Source: Longimicrobiales bacterium (GTDB taxonomy: Bacteria; Gemmatimonadota; Gemmatimonadetes; Longimicrobiales; Gaopeijiaceae). Taken from it: DNA of 64,000 bases. Numbering within the stretch: position 1 is the first letter of the stretch; every line of letters begins with the position of its first letter. The notes under the pieces were generated by a model that searched no databases, was not told the origin of the DNA, and saw nothing but the letters and a program-made list of their open reading frames with translations. The DNA is taken from assembly GCA_965249725.1 (NCBI GenBank), contig OZ252251.1:352001-416000 (forward strand), written 5' to 3'. Shown here piece after piece: positions 9,057 through 18,608 of the stretch. Made by a program: the position numbers and the translations under genes.

Positions 9057-10135
9057 TTATCGCTCACCTCTCCGATCTGCATCTAGGCTATCGTGCCTAC
9101 GCCCACGTGGAGCAGGGCCGGAATGTCCGGGAAACCGACGTGGCCCGCGCCTTTCACCAGGCGGTTGAGAGGGTGATAGGGCTGAAGCCCGCCGCGGTAG
9201 TGGTCGCGGGGGACGTGTTCGACCGGCCGGAGCCCCCCCACTCCGCGTTGGTGGCCCTGGCCCAGGGCCTGCAGGCACTCAGAGAGGCCCTGCCGGACAC
9301 CCCGGTGCTCCTCGCTGCCGGCGCGAGGGATACTCCCCCCCCCGTGGCGGATCCGGGGCCACTGGCCACGTTCGACACGATGGCCGCGGTCGAGGCGGTG
9401 ACCGGAACGACGCGGTCGGTGTACTACTCCCAGTTGGGATTGAACGTGACGCTCGTTCCGCATCGGGCTACGCTGCAGGGGCCACCGCCACCAGTGGCTC
9501 CCAACCCCGATGCCCAGTGGAACGTGCTGGTGGGTTATGGGTCGGTCGATGGAGGGGACGAGTCCATGCTCGCACTGGATCCTTCGGACTGGGACTACGT
9601 GGCGCTCGGCTATGAACATCATCGCCGGCAGGTCGGTGGGCCCGTGCACTATGCGGGGTCCCTCGAGCGGGTTGGTCCCACGCCGTGGGAGGAGGCTGCC
9701 GAGGAGAAGGGCTTCCTGACGTGCGAACTGGACTCTGGGCGGGTGCGTTTCCACGCCATCCACGGTCGACCGGTGGTCTCCTTGGCCCCGATTCCCTTTG
9801 AGGAGCATCGCCCGGAGCGACTCCGTGGGCGAGTGCAGGAGGTGCTGGACGAGGTTCCGGGTGGAATCGAAGAGAAGATCGTACGTATACGCATAGAGGG
9901 GCTTCCACCGGATCGCTTGAACCTACTTCATGGGTTGTTGCCGGAATACCGACGCCGGGCCCTGCATTTGGAGGTCCAGCTCGATGATGTTCCGGGAGGG
10001 GAATCGGCCGAGGAGCGGCCTGCAGTGCGGTTGGCGTCGAGGCTCGCGGAGCGCCTTGCGGCGGAGGGCGACAGCCTCGAGGATCTAGTAAAGCTGGTGG
10101 AGGATTGTCTGCCGGCGGTGCGGCTAGGGAGATAG
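9053..10135 (+). CDS. SbcD/Mre11-like metallophosphoesterase with degenerate motifs III-V
   Basis: HLSDLHLG and GDVFD are intact. GNHD becomes GARD and GHxH becomes GYEH. YAGSLER...EEKGF is SbcD-like. Confidence 0.8.
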   Translation: MIIAHLSDLHLGYRAYAHVEQGRNVRETDVARAFHQAVERVIGLKPAAVVVAGDVFDRPEPPHSALVALAQGLQALREALPDTPVLLAAGARDTPPPVADPGPLATFDTMAAVEAVTGTTRSVYYSQLGLNVTLVPHRATLQGPPPPVAPNPDAQWNVLVGYGSVDGGDESMLALDPSDWDYVALGYEHHRRQVGGPVHYAGSLERVGPTPWEEAAEEKGFLTCELDSGRVRFHAIHGRPVVSLAPIPFEEHRPERLRGRVQEVLDEVPGGIEEKIVRIRIEGLPPDRLNLLHGLLPEYRRRALHLEVQLDDVPGGESAEERPAVRLASRLAERLAAEGDSLEDLVKLVEDCLPAVRLGR

Positions 10136-10139
10136 AAGG

Positions 10140-11558
10140 TTGAGCCACCTCGATATCGGCACATCGTCGTTCGATCAGGACCGACCCGCCTTCCGGTTGG
10201 GTCCCGGGTTGGCCGCGCTCATCGGTGGCGACGGACCCCGTCGCAGCGAGATTCTCGAGCGCTTCGCCGGCCCGCTGGTGAAGGGAGACGAACGGCTTGC
10301 GACGCTGGTCGCCGGGCACGGGCTGGCGGAGCCCGCACAGGCCTGGCGTCGCGCGGTGCGAGTGTTGGCGCAGTGGCTCGGGATGGAGGGCGTCGATAGA
10401 GAGATTTCGAATCTCGAGGGGGATGCTTCAGCCAGCTCGAGTCTTACCTCGATGGACTCCGGAGTGGAGAACCTCCGTGCCCGGGTCCAGGAACTTCGTC
10501 GGCTCCCGGAAGCCGTGCTGATGAAGGAGCGGGAGTTCCGCGAAATGAGGGCGGACAACGTCGAGGTGAGCGGCGACATGGAGGTCGCCAACATGGAGTG
10601 GCTCCGTGAGAGACAGGACGCGGAGACGCATCTTCTCGCTTATCGCGATCGGGCTCGCGAGCTGAAGGTTCGGCTTCAGCAGCTCGAGGTGGGGGGCCCC
10701 GAGAGCGAGTGCCCCACCTGTGATCGCCTGCTCGCGGAGCGGTACGAGTCGGTCCTGACGGTGCTGCGTGAGGAGTGGGAGTCGGTCGTTCAGGACGGCA
10801 GCTGGTGGAAGCGCCGGCGGGAGCAATTGGATTTCAAACCCTCTCATCTGCAGGATCTCGAGGGGAAAGCAATTCGACTCCAAGCCGCCATCGAAGAGTG
10901 TGCCGAAGAGGTCGAGCGTCTCCGCGCACGCCTACCGGAGCTGGCCGATGCCGAGGACACACTCGCCGCCGTCCGGGCGGCGGGAACGTCGAGGGATCGG
11001 CGTAAGTCCGCTCAGGGTGAGGATCAGGCCACCGCAGGCGTGGACGAAGAAATCGATCGGCGTCGCCGGGCGCTCAAGGCTCTGCGGGCGGAGCTGCTCT
11101 CCGACGCTCGAGACACGCTGGCCGCGCGAGCGGGTCGGTACCTCAATCGTCTGACGAGCGGGGGCGTGCTGGGTGTAGGCGTCACGGGCGACGGAGAGCC
11201 GACGGTGATTCGGGACGAGGGAGAGAGACGGCTCCAGTCCGACGAGGAAGTGGCAGCCTACCTCTTTGCGCTCCGGATGGCGCTCATCCACCTCGGTGTC
11301 GCTCAGGGCATTCAGTTCGACGAGGTGCTGCTCGGAGATACGTTCGATCGACTCGAACCGGAGGCGAAGGTCCGGGCCGTCGGTCTGCTCAGGAGCATGC
11401 TCCCACAGGTCTCGAAGATCCTACTGTTCTGCCGAGGCGAGATCCTGGACACGATCCCCGAGTCGTTCGATTGGATCGTGGATCTGCGCGTGGACCGGGC
11501 GGGAGCCCCTCAAACGCGTGTCCGCAGCAGCGGGGTGGGGAAGCTACGCGTCCACTGA
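10140..11558 (+). CDS. SbcC/Rad50-like coiled-coil protein with zinc hook and degenerate ABC-ATPase motifs
   Basis: Central CPTC flanked by coiled coils. Walker A position reads IGGDGPRRS, signature position LQSDEE, Walker B position VLLGDTFDRLE. Confidence 0.72.
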   Translation: MSHLDIGTSSFDQDRPAFRLGPGLAALIGGDGPRRSEILERFAGPLVKGDERLATLVAGHGLAEPAQAWRRAVRVLAQWLGMEGVDREISNLEGDASASSSLTSMDSGVENLRARVQELRRLPEAVLMKEREFREMRADNVEVSGDMEVANMEWLRERQDAETHLLAYRDRARELKVRLQQLEVGGPESECPTCDRLLAERYESVLTVLREEWESVVQDGSWWKRRREQLDFKPSHLQDLEGKAIRLQAAIEECAEEVERLRARLPELADAEDTLAAVRAAGTSRDRRKSAQGEDQATAGVDEEIDRRRRALKALRAELLSDARDTLAARAGRYLNRLTSGGVLGVGVTGDGEPTVIRDEGERRLQSDEEVAAYLFALRMALIHLGVAQGIQFDEVLLGDTFDRLEPEAKVRAVGLLRSMLPQVSKILLFCRGEILDTIPESFDWIVDLRVDRAGAPQTRVRSSGVGKLRVH

Positions 11559-12035
11559 CCCACTCGGGTCTTCGTCGGACTCACCCCATCTTATTCGCGC
11601 CGCCGCCTCGAGAATGGCCGCTTCCACCTTATCGCGGTCCCGGTACTGCCCGATCGAAATCGTGGTGCGCCCCCGACGGGTGCGGCTGACGCGAATTCGG
11701 ACATCGCCGCCAAGGTCCCCTGTCCGTATGAAGTCGTCCTTGGGGTCGTCACGGGACTGGTAGCGAAGGCCGGCGTCCAGTACGGCCGCCTTGTACCTCA
11801 CCACGAGCTCTTCGCGCACCAAGTCACTGTGAAAGTGCGCACCCCTGTAGAAGGCGCCTGAGGTGGCATGGCTGAACGTGGCCTCGGGGGGGAGCGCCAT
11901 TCTGAAGCCTGGCCAGCCCTCGTCCGCGAGGTCCGGGAACTCGGCGTACCGAATCCCGTCCGTCTCCGACTCTTGGATGGACTCACGGCCCGAACCCAGG
12001 ATGCCGGCGGAGCGGGCCACGTCCTGCAAACCCAC
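11544..12035 (-). CDS. Hypothetical protein (start uncertain)
   Basis: 163-aa ORF with protein-like composition filling the gap between genes; the frame stays open upstream of the GTG. Confidence 0.5.
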   Translation of the reverse strand: MGLQDVARSAGILGSGRESIQESETDGIRYAEFPDLADEGWPGFRMALPPEATFSHATSGAFYRGAHFHSDLVREELVVRYKAAVLDAGLRYQSRDDPKDDFIRTGDLGGDVRIRVSRTRRGRTTISIGQYRDRDKVEAAILEAAARIRWGESDEDPSGSVDA

Positions 12036-12147
12036 GTACCAGCGGTCGACGGTTTGAACGAGCCGCAGAATGATCTCCGCCTCGATACCATGGGACTGAG
12101 GCGGATCGGGCGCGACGCCTATTCCATCGGACGCGGTGTCTATGCGG

Positions 12148-12585
12148 TCAGATCCGTTGGTTGTCGGCCCGCCAGCTCTTCACGCGCTTCTTGACCTCGG
12201 CTCGGTCCGAGATGCCCTCGGCGATGATCGCGTTGAAGAGCTCGCCGACCTCACCGTCCGAGGCGAAGCGGAGGCCGATCAGCAACTCGGTCTCCATCCC
12301 GTGGATGGTATCTCGCTGATCCGACCCGAGAATGCGCTCGAGGCGGGCCCGTTCCTCGAGACGAATCACACGATCCTGCACACCAAGTGCGAAGACCCTG
12401 GCGAAGAAGAACGTGATCAGAATGCCAACAGCGAAGAGTAGAGACAGGAGTGCTCCGACCGAGAAGGCGGTCACGACGACATACAATGACCAAAGGGTGT
12501 AGACGGCGATGAGCCCAAATGCCACGAAGTGGTACAGGGGCACCAACTTGGCGTGACTCTCGAAGCTTTGCGGGACGCTGCTCAC
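12148..12585 (-). CDS. Small membrane protein (DUF6526-like)
   Basis: QSFESHAKLVPLYHF, two TM helices, QDRVIRLEE, LIGLRFASDGE, WRADNQRI. Confidence 0.75.
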   Translation of the reverse strand: MSSVPQSFESHAKLVPLYHFVAFGLIAVYTLWSLYVVVTAFSVGALLSLLFAVGILITFFFARVFALGVQDRVIRLEERARLERILGSDQRDTIHGMETELLIGLRFASDGEVGELFNAIIAEGISDRAEVKKRVKSWRADNQRI

Positions 12586-12660
12586 AGGGTTCCTCCAGGC
12601 AGTGGGATTCAGTTCTGGATGAGGATAGCCGACGAGGTCACGCCGCCGCCATCCCCCGCT

Positions 12661-14994
12661 CTACCTGGTCAGGGCCTGCCAAGCCAGCAACCGCTCCTCG
12701 TACGGCGCCGCCGAATCCGGGTCCTCACCCTGGAGCGCGCCCTGCACGAGTGCGGCGTACGCCCATGCGTAGTAGTGCGGTATGCCGATCGTCGAGCGGT
12801 CGGGCCAATGCAGCCACCCGTCGGGGATCCCACCCCGGTGCATGAACACGTCGTCGACCAGCGTGCGGGTCCGCACCTCGTCGAGCCACGGACCGGTGAC
12901 AGGGACGAGGCTGGGGTCCTGGATGAGCATATTGGTCGGGGTCAGGTCAGGAGGCCCTGGATTGAGCCGGAAGGCGAGTCCCTGCCTGACCAGATAGGGC
13001 GACAAACCCAGAGAACGCGCCGCGTTACCGCTCGAGGCGAAGTAGATGGGCCGGTCGTCGATACTGTTCTGGATGAGCGACAGCGCGAACTGCTGCCACG
13101 GGAAGACCACCGTACCTCCGTCCAGCCTGGCGATCACCGGACCGAGGCGGAAGTCTCGGGCCTCATCCATCGCGAAGTACCCGGCCGGACTCGCCACCTG
13201 ATCGATCACGGAGTCCTCGAGGGCAAGGAGCGACTTCAGTGGCCTCGTCACCGGCTCGTCCATCAGGATCCCAATCTTGCTTTGCCTCTCGGCTTCGACA
13301 CGATCGTGGGTATACATCGCCGACGTCGTGGCGGCGCTGTAGGGACGTTGGCACACGATGGTCGTCGGGTCCTGCTCGGGATCGACGTCGTCGGGGCAGG
13401 GACTGGTCAGGTCCCGAATCTGCTTGGTGTACCAGCCGGTGTTGAGATAAGACGTGACGATGACCGTGACGTCTCGGCGGATGCCCTCGGCCTCCTGCAG
13501 ATACCAGAGGGGGAACGTGTCATTATCCCCGTTCGTGAAGAGCACCGCGTAGGGCTCGACGCTCATGAGGAGGTTGTATCCCCAGTCCCTGGCGGAGTAG
13601 TCGCCCTTACGGCTCGCCCAGGACCAATTGAGCATCAGCGGGACGAGGGCCAACAGCAAAACAGGAGCTGCCCGCATCCAGTTTCCGTTCAGCCGCTCTG
13701 CGAACCGCTGCCAGAGAGCCGTGATTCCTAGTCCGGCCCAGAGCCCCCAAATCGAGAAGCCGGCGACGAAGAAGTAGTCGCGTTCCCGCACTTCATGGAA
13801 CTCGAGCCCCGGCGTTGGCGACGCGAGCGAGTATCCGTACTTGAAGTTCAGGTAGAAGACCAAGCCCAGCGACAGGGTCGCGAACAGCACCAGGGCGTAG
13901 ACCCCCGTGGCCGAGTCGCGTCGAAGGTGCTGGCTCGCTCCGTAGGCGCCCAACCCTGCGAACAGGAACGTGAAGGGGAGCCTGAGGAGTGGGAAGACCG
14001 TCTCCGGTCCCGCCACCCCTCGAGCCCACTGCCAGTCGAAGTACTGAAGGTAGTTGGCGTATTGAGATCCCAGGGACGCCAAGCGCGGGAAGAGCGCGGG
14101 CTTGTCGTACTGCTGCCTCGAAAGCGACGCCGACAGTTCCGCACACCCCGCCTGCCCCCACGTGACGATGCTGGTCAGGGCGCTCCACACGCTCGGACAA
14201 GTCGGGTCTGCCTGGTTGATCACCGGGGCTAGGCCCGCGCGCAGTGGAAGGAAGAGATGAATGGAGAGGCCGAGGAACACCGCCACGGCTCCAACCGCGT
14301 ACAACCGCCAGTTGAGCAGCGTCCGAGGTGATACCAGCAGGATGAACACGCCCAGAGCCGGAGCGGCCAGGAACGCCATCAGGTGGTTCCCCACCGAGAG
14401 CGCCAGGATAAAGGCCATGAGCACCAGCAGGTTGTCGTCCCGACCCTTGCCCAGGTTCTCTCGCCAGTGGAAGGCGAGCCAGGTCAGCAAAGCGATGGTG
14501 AAGAGGGAGACCGTGTAGACCTTCTCGTTCACGTTGGACTGATTCCACACCGTGAAGGCCGTTGCGCTCACGAGCACTGCGGTTACGGCGCCGACCAAGC
14601 GGAAACGCCGATCACTGGAGAAGAATCCCAGCACGTGGTACACACAAAGAAACCAGAGGCCGTGGGCCAGACTCCCCATCAGGGCTGAGAAGAGGTTGAT
14701 GCGGGTGGCTACCGACATCCCGAGGGGGGCCAGCAAGATGTCCCAGGTGCGCGCCAGCACAACGAACAGGGGATTCCCAGGCGGATGGGGAATCCCGAGG
14801 ATGTGACCCGTGGCGATGTACTCGCTCGTGTCCCAGAACGCCGTGGTCGGAGCCAAGGTCAGCGTGTAGAGAAGGCCTACCGCTAACGCGACCACGCCCG
14901 CCCACTTGTAGGGCGGATCGACGGCATCGGGGCCGTTCGTCACCTTCTCGGCTGGGACGAGCCGAGGGGCGTTGTCGGTGTCAGAGGGACTCAT
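12661..14994 (-). CDS. DUF2723 / TMEM260-like GT-C membrane glycosyltransferase
   Basis: TLAPTTAFWDTSEY, IPHPPGNPLF, EVRERDYFF, FTNGDNDTFPLWYLQE; many TM helices. Confidence 0.88.
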   Translation of the reverse strand: MSPSDTDNAPRLVPAEKVTNGPDAVDPPYKWAGVVALAVGLLYTLTLAPTTAFWDTSEYIATGHILGIPHPPGNPLFVVLARTWDILLAPLGMSVATRINLFSALMGSLAHGLWFLCVYHVLGFFSSDRRFRLVGAVTAVLVSATAFTVWNQSNVNEKVYTVSLFTIALLTWLAFHWRENLGKGRDDNLLVLMAFILALSVGNHLMAFLAAPALGVFILLVSPRTLLNWRLYAVGAVAVFLGLSIHLFLPLRAGLAPVINQADPTCPSVWSALTSIVTWGQAGCAELSASLSRQQYDKPALFPRLASLGSQYANYLQYFDWQWARGVAGPETVFPLLRLPFTFLFAGLGAYGASQHLRRDSATGVYALVLFATLSLGLVFYLNFKYGYSLASPTPGLEFHEVRERDYFFVAGFSIWGLWAGLGITALWQRFAERLNGNWMRAAPVLLLALVPLMLNWSWASRKGDYSARDWGYNLLMSVEPYAVLFTNGDNDTFPLWYLQEAEGIRRDVTVIVTSYLNTGWYTKQIRDLTSPCPDDVDPEQDPTTIVCQRPYSAATTSAMYTHDRVEAERQSKIGILMDEPVTRPLKSLLALEDSVIDQVASPAGYFAMDEARDFRLGPVIARLDGGTVVFPWQQFALSLIQNSIDDRPIYFASSGNAARSLGLSPYLVRQGLAFRLNPGPPDLTPTNMLIQDPSLVPVTGPWLDEVRTRTLVDDVFMHRGGIPDGWLHWPDRSTIGIPHYYAWAYAALVQGALQGEDPDSAAPYEERLLAWQALTR

Positions 14995-15071
14995 CTAGGG
15001 GCCTGTCGAGCATCGGTTCGAGCATCGGGTCGGAAGCGTATTGGCGGTTCCAAGATAGCACTGCGCCCGTC

Positions 15072-17060
15072 CTACTGTGCCGCCAGGTGGAGGTTCCCGT
15101 ACTCGTCCAGGGTCAGTTGCCACCCCTCCGGCACCCACGTGGTAGAGCTGTACTCCAAGACCACGAGGGGTCCGTGAAGCTCGTGCCCAGGAGACAGCTC
15201 ACCTCGCCAGATCCGCCCGGCCTCCACCCATTCTCCGTCCACGTGAACCCGCGTGGCGCCGGGGGTGGCGGCCTCGGTCGCGGGTTCGAAGCGCTCGAGC
15301 GCCAGCTCGGGTCCGGGTGCCGACGCGACGACGCGGAGCGTAACCGCCTCGGCCGGACTCCCGTCTCGACGGTAGCCGTACCTCTCCTCGTGCAGATCGT
15401 GGAACGCGGCGACCCAGTTCTCCCCGGGCACCCGGAGCTCGAAGCTCTGCCCTGCGTAACGGGCGTCGACCCACCGTCTCAGCGTGATCGTGGCCTCATC
15501 GACATCCTCCTGACGCATCGCTTGGAGCGCCTGGCTCTCCAACTCTACGTATTCCGCCTCGATCAGGGCTTCTCCCGAAGGCGTTTCCGTGGAGACCAGG
15601 ACCGTCCGCGACGTCTCTCGGGTCACGTCGGCCGCCAGCATCCCATAGGCGGAAAGCAGGCCTGGCAGCGGTGGCACGATGGCGCGGGCGGCACCCAACG
15701 TCTGAGCGAGGCGTGCGGCGTGCAGTCCTCCCGCTCCGCCGAACGCAACGAGAGCGAAGTCCGCAGGGTCGTACCCCCGCTCCACAGAGATCACACGGAG
15801 AGCCCGCTCCATGGCCGAGTCGGCCACCGCGAGGATTCCCTCCGCTGCCTCTTCGAGGCTCGTGCCCAGATCCTGGGCCAAGGCAGCGAGGGCGGGCTCG
15901 ACGCTGTCCCGATCGAGCGTGGCCTCACCCCCCAGGAATCCGTCGACGGGCAGTCGACCGAGCCAAACATGGGCGTCGGTGACCGTAACGCCGTCGCCTC
16001 CTTTCCCGTAGCAGATCGGCCCGGGCTCTGCACCGGCGGATTGCGGACCGACCCGGAGTGCCCCGCCTGGGTCGACTCGGGCCAGGGATCCGCCCCCGGC
16101 CCCCACCGTATGGATGTCGATCACCGGGATGGCCACCGGCTGGCCTGCGATCTCGAACTCTCTCGTGTGCAGAAGGCCGCCCGGACACAGGGACACGTCG
16201 GTCGAGGTGCCGCCCATGTCGAACGAGATGATCTGGTCGTATCCGGCCAGGCGTCCCCAGGCCATGGCTCCCACGACTCCACCGGCCGGGCCCGACAGCA
16301 CCGTGTGGATCGGCTCCCGTGATGCCCGGGCCACCGGCAGAGAGCCGCCGTTGGAACCCATGATGCTCACCCGATCCGCCCCGGCCTCTCGATGTAGCCG
16401 CTCCAGGTAGGCCGACATCCGAGGTGCCACGTAGGCGTTTACGACCGTTGTGGACGTTCGTTCGTACTCGCGGTACTCGGGAAGCAGCCTCACGGACACG
16501 GACAACGGTACGGTGAGGTCCGCCAGGGCGTCGGCGACACGCTCCTCATGGTCTGGCAGCGCGTAAGAGTGGAGGAGTACCACTGCGACCGACTCGGCAT
16601 CGGTGAGGCGCTCGGCCAGGGTGTTCAGCTCGTCCTGGTCGAGGGGCTCCACCACCTGGCCCTCCGGTCCGACCCTGCCCCCGATGCCGATGCGGTCGTC
16701 TCGCTGGACCAACGGGGCGGGGCGGTGGCCGACGAGGGCGTACAGCTGTGGGCGATTCTGTCGCCCGATCTCGATTACGTCCTCGAAGCCCGAGTTGGTG
16801 ACGAGCATGACCCGGGCACCGTCGCGCTCCAAAAGGGAATTGGTTGCCACCGTTGAGCCGTGTAGGAGCAGGTAGTCGGCTTGGTCACCGCCGAGCATGG
16901 TCCGTACCCCATCGAGAACCGCGTCGGCGGGGTCAGCAGGCGTAGAGGGCACCTTGAGTGATCGGAGGCGGCCGGCATCGAGGACCAGCACGTCGGTGAA
17001 CGTGCCTCCCGTGTCGACCGCGATGATCAGCGGGATCTTTCCCTTCTCCGCTTCACTCAT
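15072..17060 (-). CDS. Hydantoinase A / 5-oxoprolinase family protein
   Basis: DTGGTFTD, HGSTVATN, EYERTSTTVVNAY, SGPAGG, DMGGTSTD, GAGGGS, SAGAEPGPICYG. Confidence 0.92.
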   Translation of the reverse strand: MSEAEKGKIPLIIAVDTGGTFTDVLVLDAGRLRSLKVPSTPADPADAVLDGVRTMLGGDQADYLLLHGSTVATNSLLERDGARVMLVTNSGFEDVIEIGRQNRPQLYALVGHRPAPLVQRDDRIGIGGRVGPEGQVVEPLDQDELNTLAERLTDAESVAVVLLHSYALPDHEERVADALADLTVPLSVSVRLLPEYREYERTSTTVVNAYVAPRMSAYLERLHREAGADRVSIMGSNGGSLPVARASREPIHTVLSGPAGGVVGAMAWGRLAGYDQIISFDMGGTSTDVSLCPGGLLHTREFEIAGQPVAIPVIDIHTVGAGGGSLARVDPGGALRVGPQSAGAEPGPICYGKGGDGVTVTDAHVWLGRLPVDGFLGGEATLDRDSVEPALAALAQDLGTSLEEAAEGILAVADSAMERALRVISVERGYDPADFALVAFGGAGGLHAARLAQTLGAARAIVPPLPGLLSAYGMLAADVTRETSRTVLVSTETPSGEALIEAEYVELESQALQAMRQEDVDEATITLRRWVDARYAGQSFELRVPGENWVAAFHDLHEERYGYRRDGSPAEAVTLRVVASAPGPELALERFEPATEAATPGATRVHVDGEWVEAGRIWRGELSPGHELHGPLVVLEYSSTTWVPEGWQLTLDEYGNLHLAAQ

Positions 17061-17102
17061 AAGTTCTCCAGGCCTCGACCCGGGGTCTTCCTCACGAGAC
17101 GA

Positions 17103-18608
17103 ATGAAGTCCATGCAGCTCAAGCCCACCTTCGACGAATTCCGCTCAAAGGCAGATCGCTCCGGCGTCCTGCCCGTGTGGCGCGAGTTCCTGTTCGATGT
17201 AGACACCGCCGTTACCGCCTACGCTAAGGTCCGCCGTCCGCCCTTCGGTTTCTTGCTCGAGTCCGTCGTAGGAGGCGAACAGTGGGCCCGCTACACGTTC
17301 CTGGGCAGCGAGCCTGCTGAGGCATGGCGCCTGCAAGAAGGCCGAACTGAACTCTGGACCCGTCAAGATGGCTGGCAGCCCATCTCCACCGACGACCCAC
17401 TGACCGATCTCGACGAGCGACTCCGAGCCCGAGAACCGCTCGCCACTGGAGGCCTTCCCCGGCTGTGGGGAGGCGCCGTAGGGTACTTCGGGTACGACGT
17501 GGTGCGCCAGATCGAGCAGCTTCCCGACGGACCTCCGGACGATCTCCAGCTTCCGGACGGCCTCTTCGTCTTCATCGACGTCGTGCTAGCCATCGACAAC
17601 CTCTTGGGGCGTGCCATGGCCATCGCCACCGTCGAGGTAGAGGAGGGTCTGAGCGAGGCGGAGCTCCGCAGACGTTACGACGAGGCTGCGGAGAAGACAC
17701 AGACGCTGGTCGATCGGCTGAGCGAGGAGCCGTCCCCGCCACCCTTGGAGCTCGGCCCCGAGCCCGATGAGGATCCGGACTTCAAGAGCACCATGACGCG
17801 TGAGGATTTCGAGGCCTCCGTGGAGCGGATTCGCGAGTACATCATGGCCGGTGACGCCTTCCAGGTCGTTTTGAGCCAGCGCCTCGAGATGCAGCTGCCT
17901 GCGGGCCCCTTCGACCTCTATCGAGCCCTCCGGTCGCTGAATCCGTCCCCCTATCTCTACTTCCTCGAGTTGGATGGACTGTGCCTCGTGGGCAGTTCGC
18001 CCGAGGTGCTGGTGCGGGTCGAGGATGGGGTCGTCACGGTGAGGCCGATCGCAGGGACGAGGCCGAGGGGCGGGACCCCCGAGCAGGATCGTGCGTTCGC
18101 CAAGGACCTTGCGGAAGACGAGAAGGAGTTGGCGGAGCACCGCATGCTGGTCGATCTGGGACGCAATGATGTGGGCCGTGTCGCCGAGTACGGCTCCGTC
18201 GAAGTGCCCGACCTCATGGTGGTGGAGCGCTACTCACACGTCATGCACCTGGTCAGCCAGGTCGAGGGCAGGTTGCGGCCGGAGCTGTCGGCAATGGATG
18301 TGTTTCGGGCTTGCTTCCCGGCCGGGACGGTATCAGGAGCGCCCAAGGTGCGGGCCATGGAGATCATCGACGAACTCGAGCCGGTCAGGAGGGGCCCCTA
18401 TGCCGGGGCCGTGGGTCACTTCAGCTGGGGCGGTGCCGCGATGGACACGGCCATCACGATCCGGACGGTCGTAGTAAAGGACGGCACGGCGTACGTCCAA
18501 GCGGGTGCCGGTATCGTGGCCGACTCCGACCCCGGTCTCGAGTATGACGAGACGCTCAACAAGGCCCGGGCGCTGCTGAAAGCCGGCGCCATGCTGCCTT
18601 CCCTCTAA
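17103..18608 (+). CDS. trpE: Anthranilate synthase component I
   Basis: FLLESV, GDAFQVVLSQR, NPSPY, GSSPE, PIAGTRPRG, EHRMLVDLGRND, GTVSGAPKVRAM, AGAGIVADS. Confidence 0.93.
   Translation: MKSMQLKPTFDEFRSKADRSGVLPVWREFLFDVDTAVTAYAKVRRPPFGFLLESVVGGEQWARYTFLGSEPAEAWRLQEGRTELWTRQDGWQPISTDDPLTDLDERLRAREPLATGGLPRLWGGAVGYFGYDVVRQIEQLPDGPPDDLQLPDGLFVFIDVVLAIDNLLGRAMAIATVEVEEGLSEAELRRRYDEAAEKTQTLVDRLSEEPSPPPLELGPEPDEDPDFKSTMTREDFEASVERIREYIMAGDAFQVVLSQRLEMQLPAGPFDLYRALRSLNPSPYLYFLELDGLCLVGSSPEVLVRVEDGVVTVRPIAGTRPRGGTPEQDRAFAKDLAEDEKELAEHRMLVDLGRNDVGRVAEYGSVEVPDLMVVERYSHVMHLVSQVEGRLRPELSAMDVFRACFPAGTVSGAPKVRAMEIIDELEPVRRGPYAGAVGHFSWGGAAMDTAITIRTVVVKDGTAYVQAGAGIVADSDPGLEYDETLNKARALLKAGAMLPSL

Noticed and set aside
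15006..15028. Direct repeat TCGAGCATCGG x2 upstream of the DUF2723 gene
   Set aside because: Only two short copies, with no further support for a function
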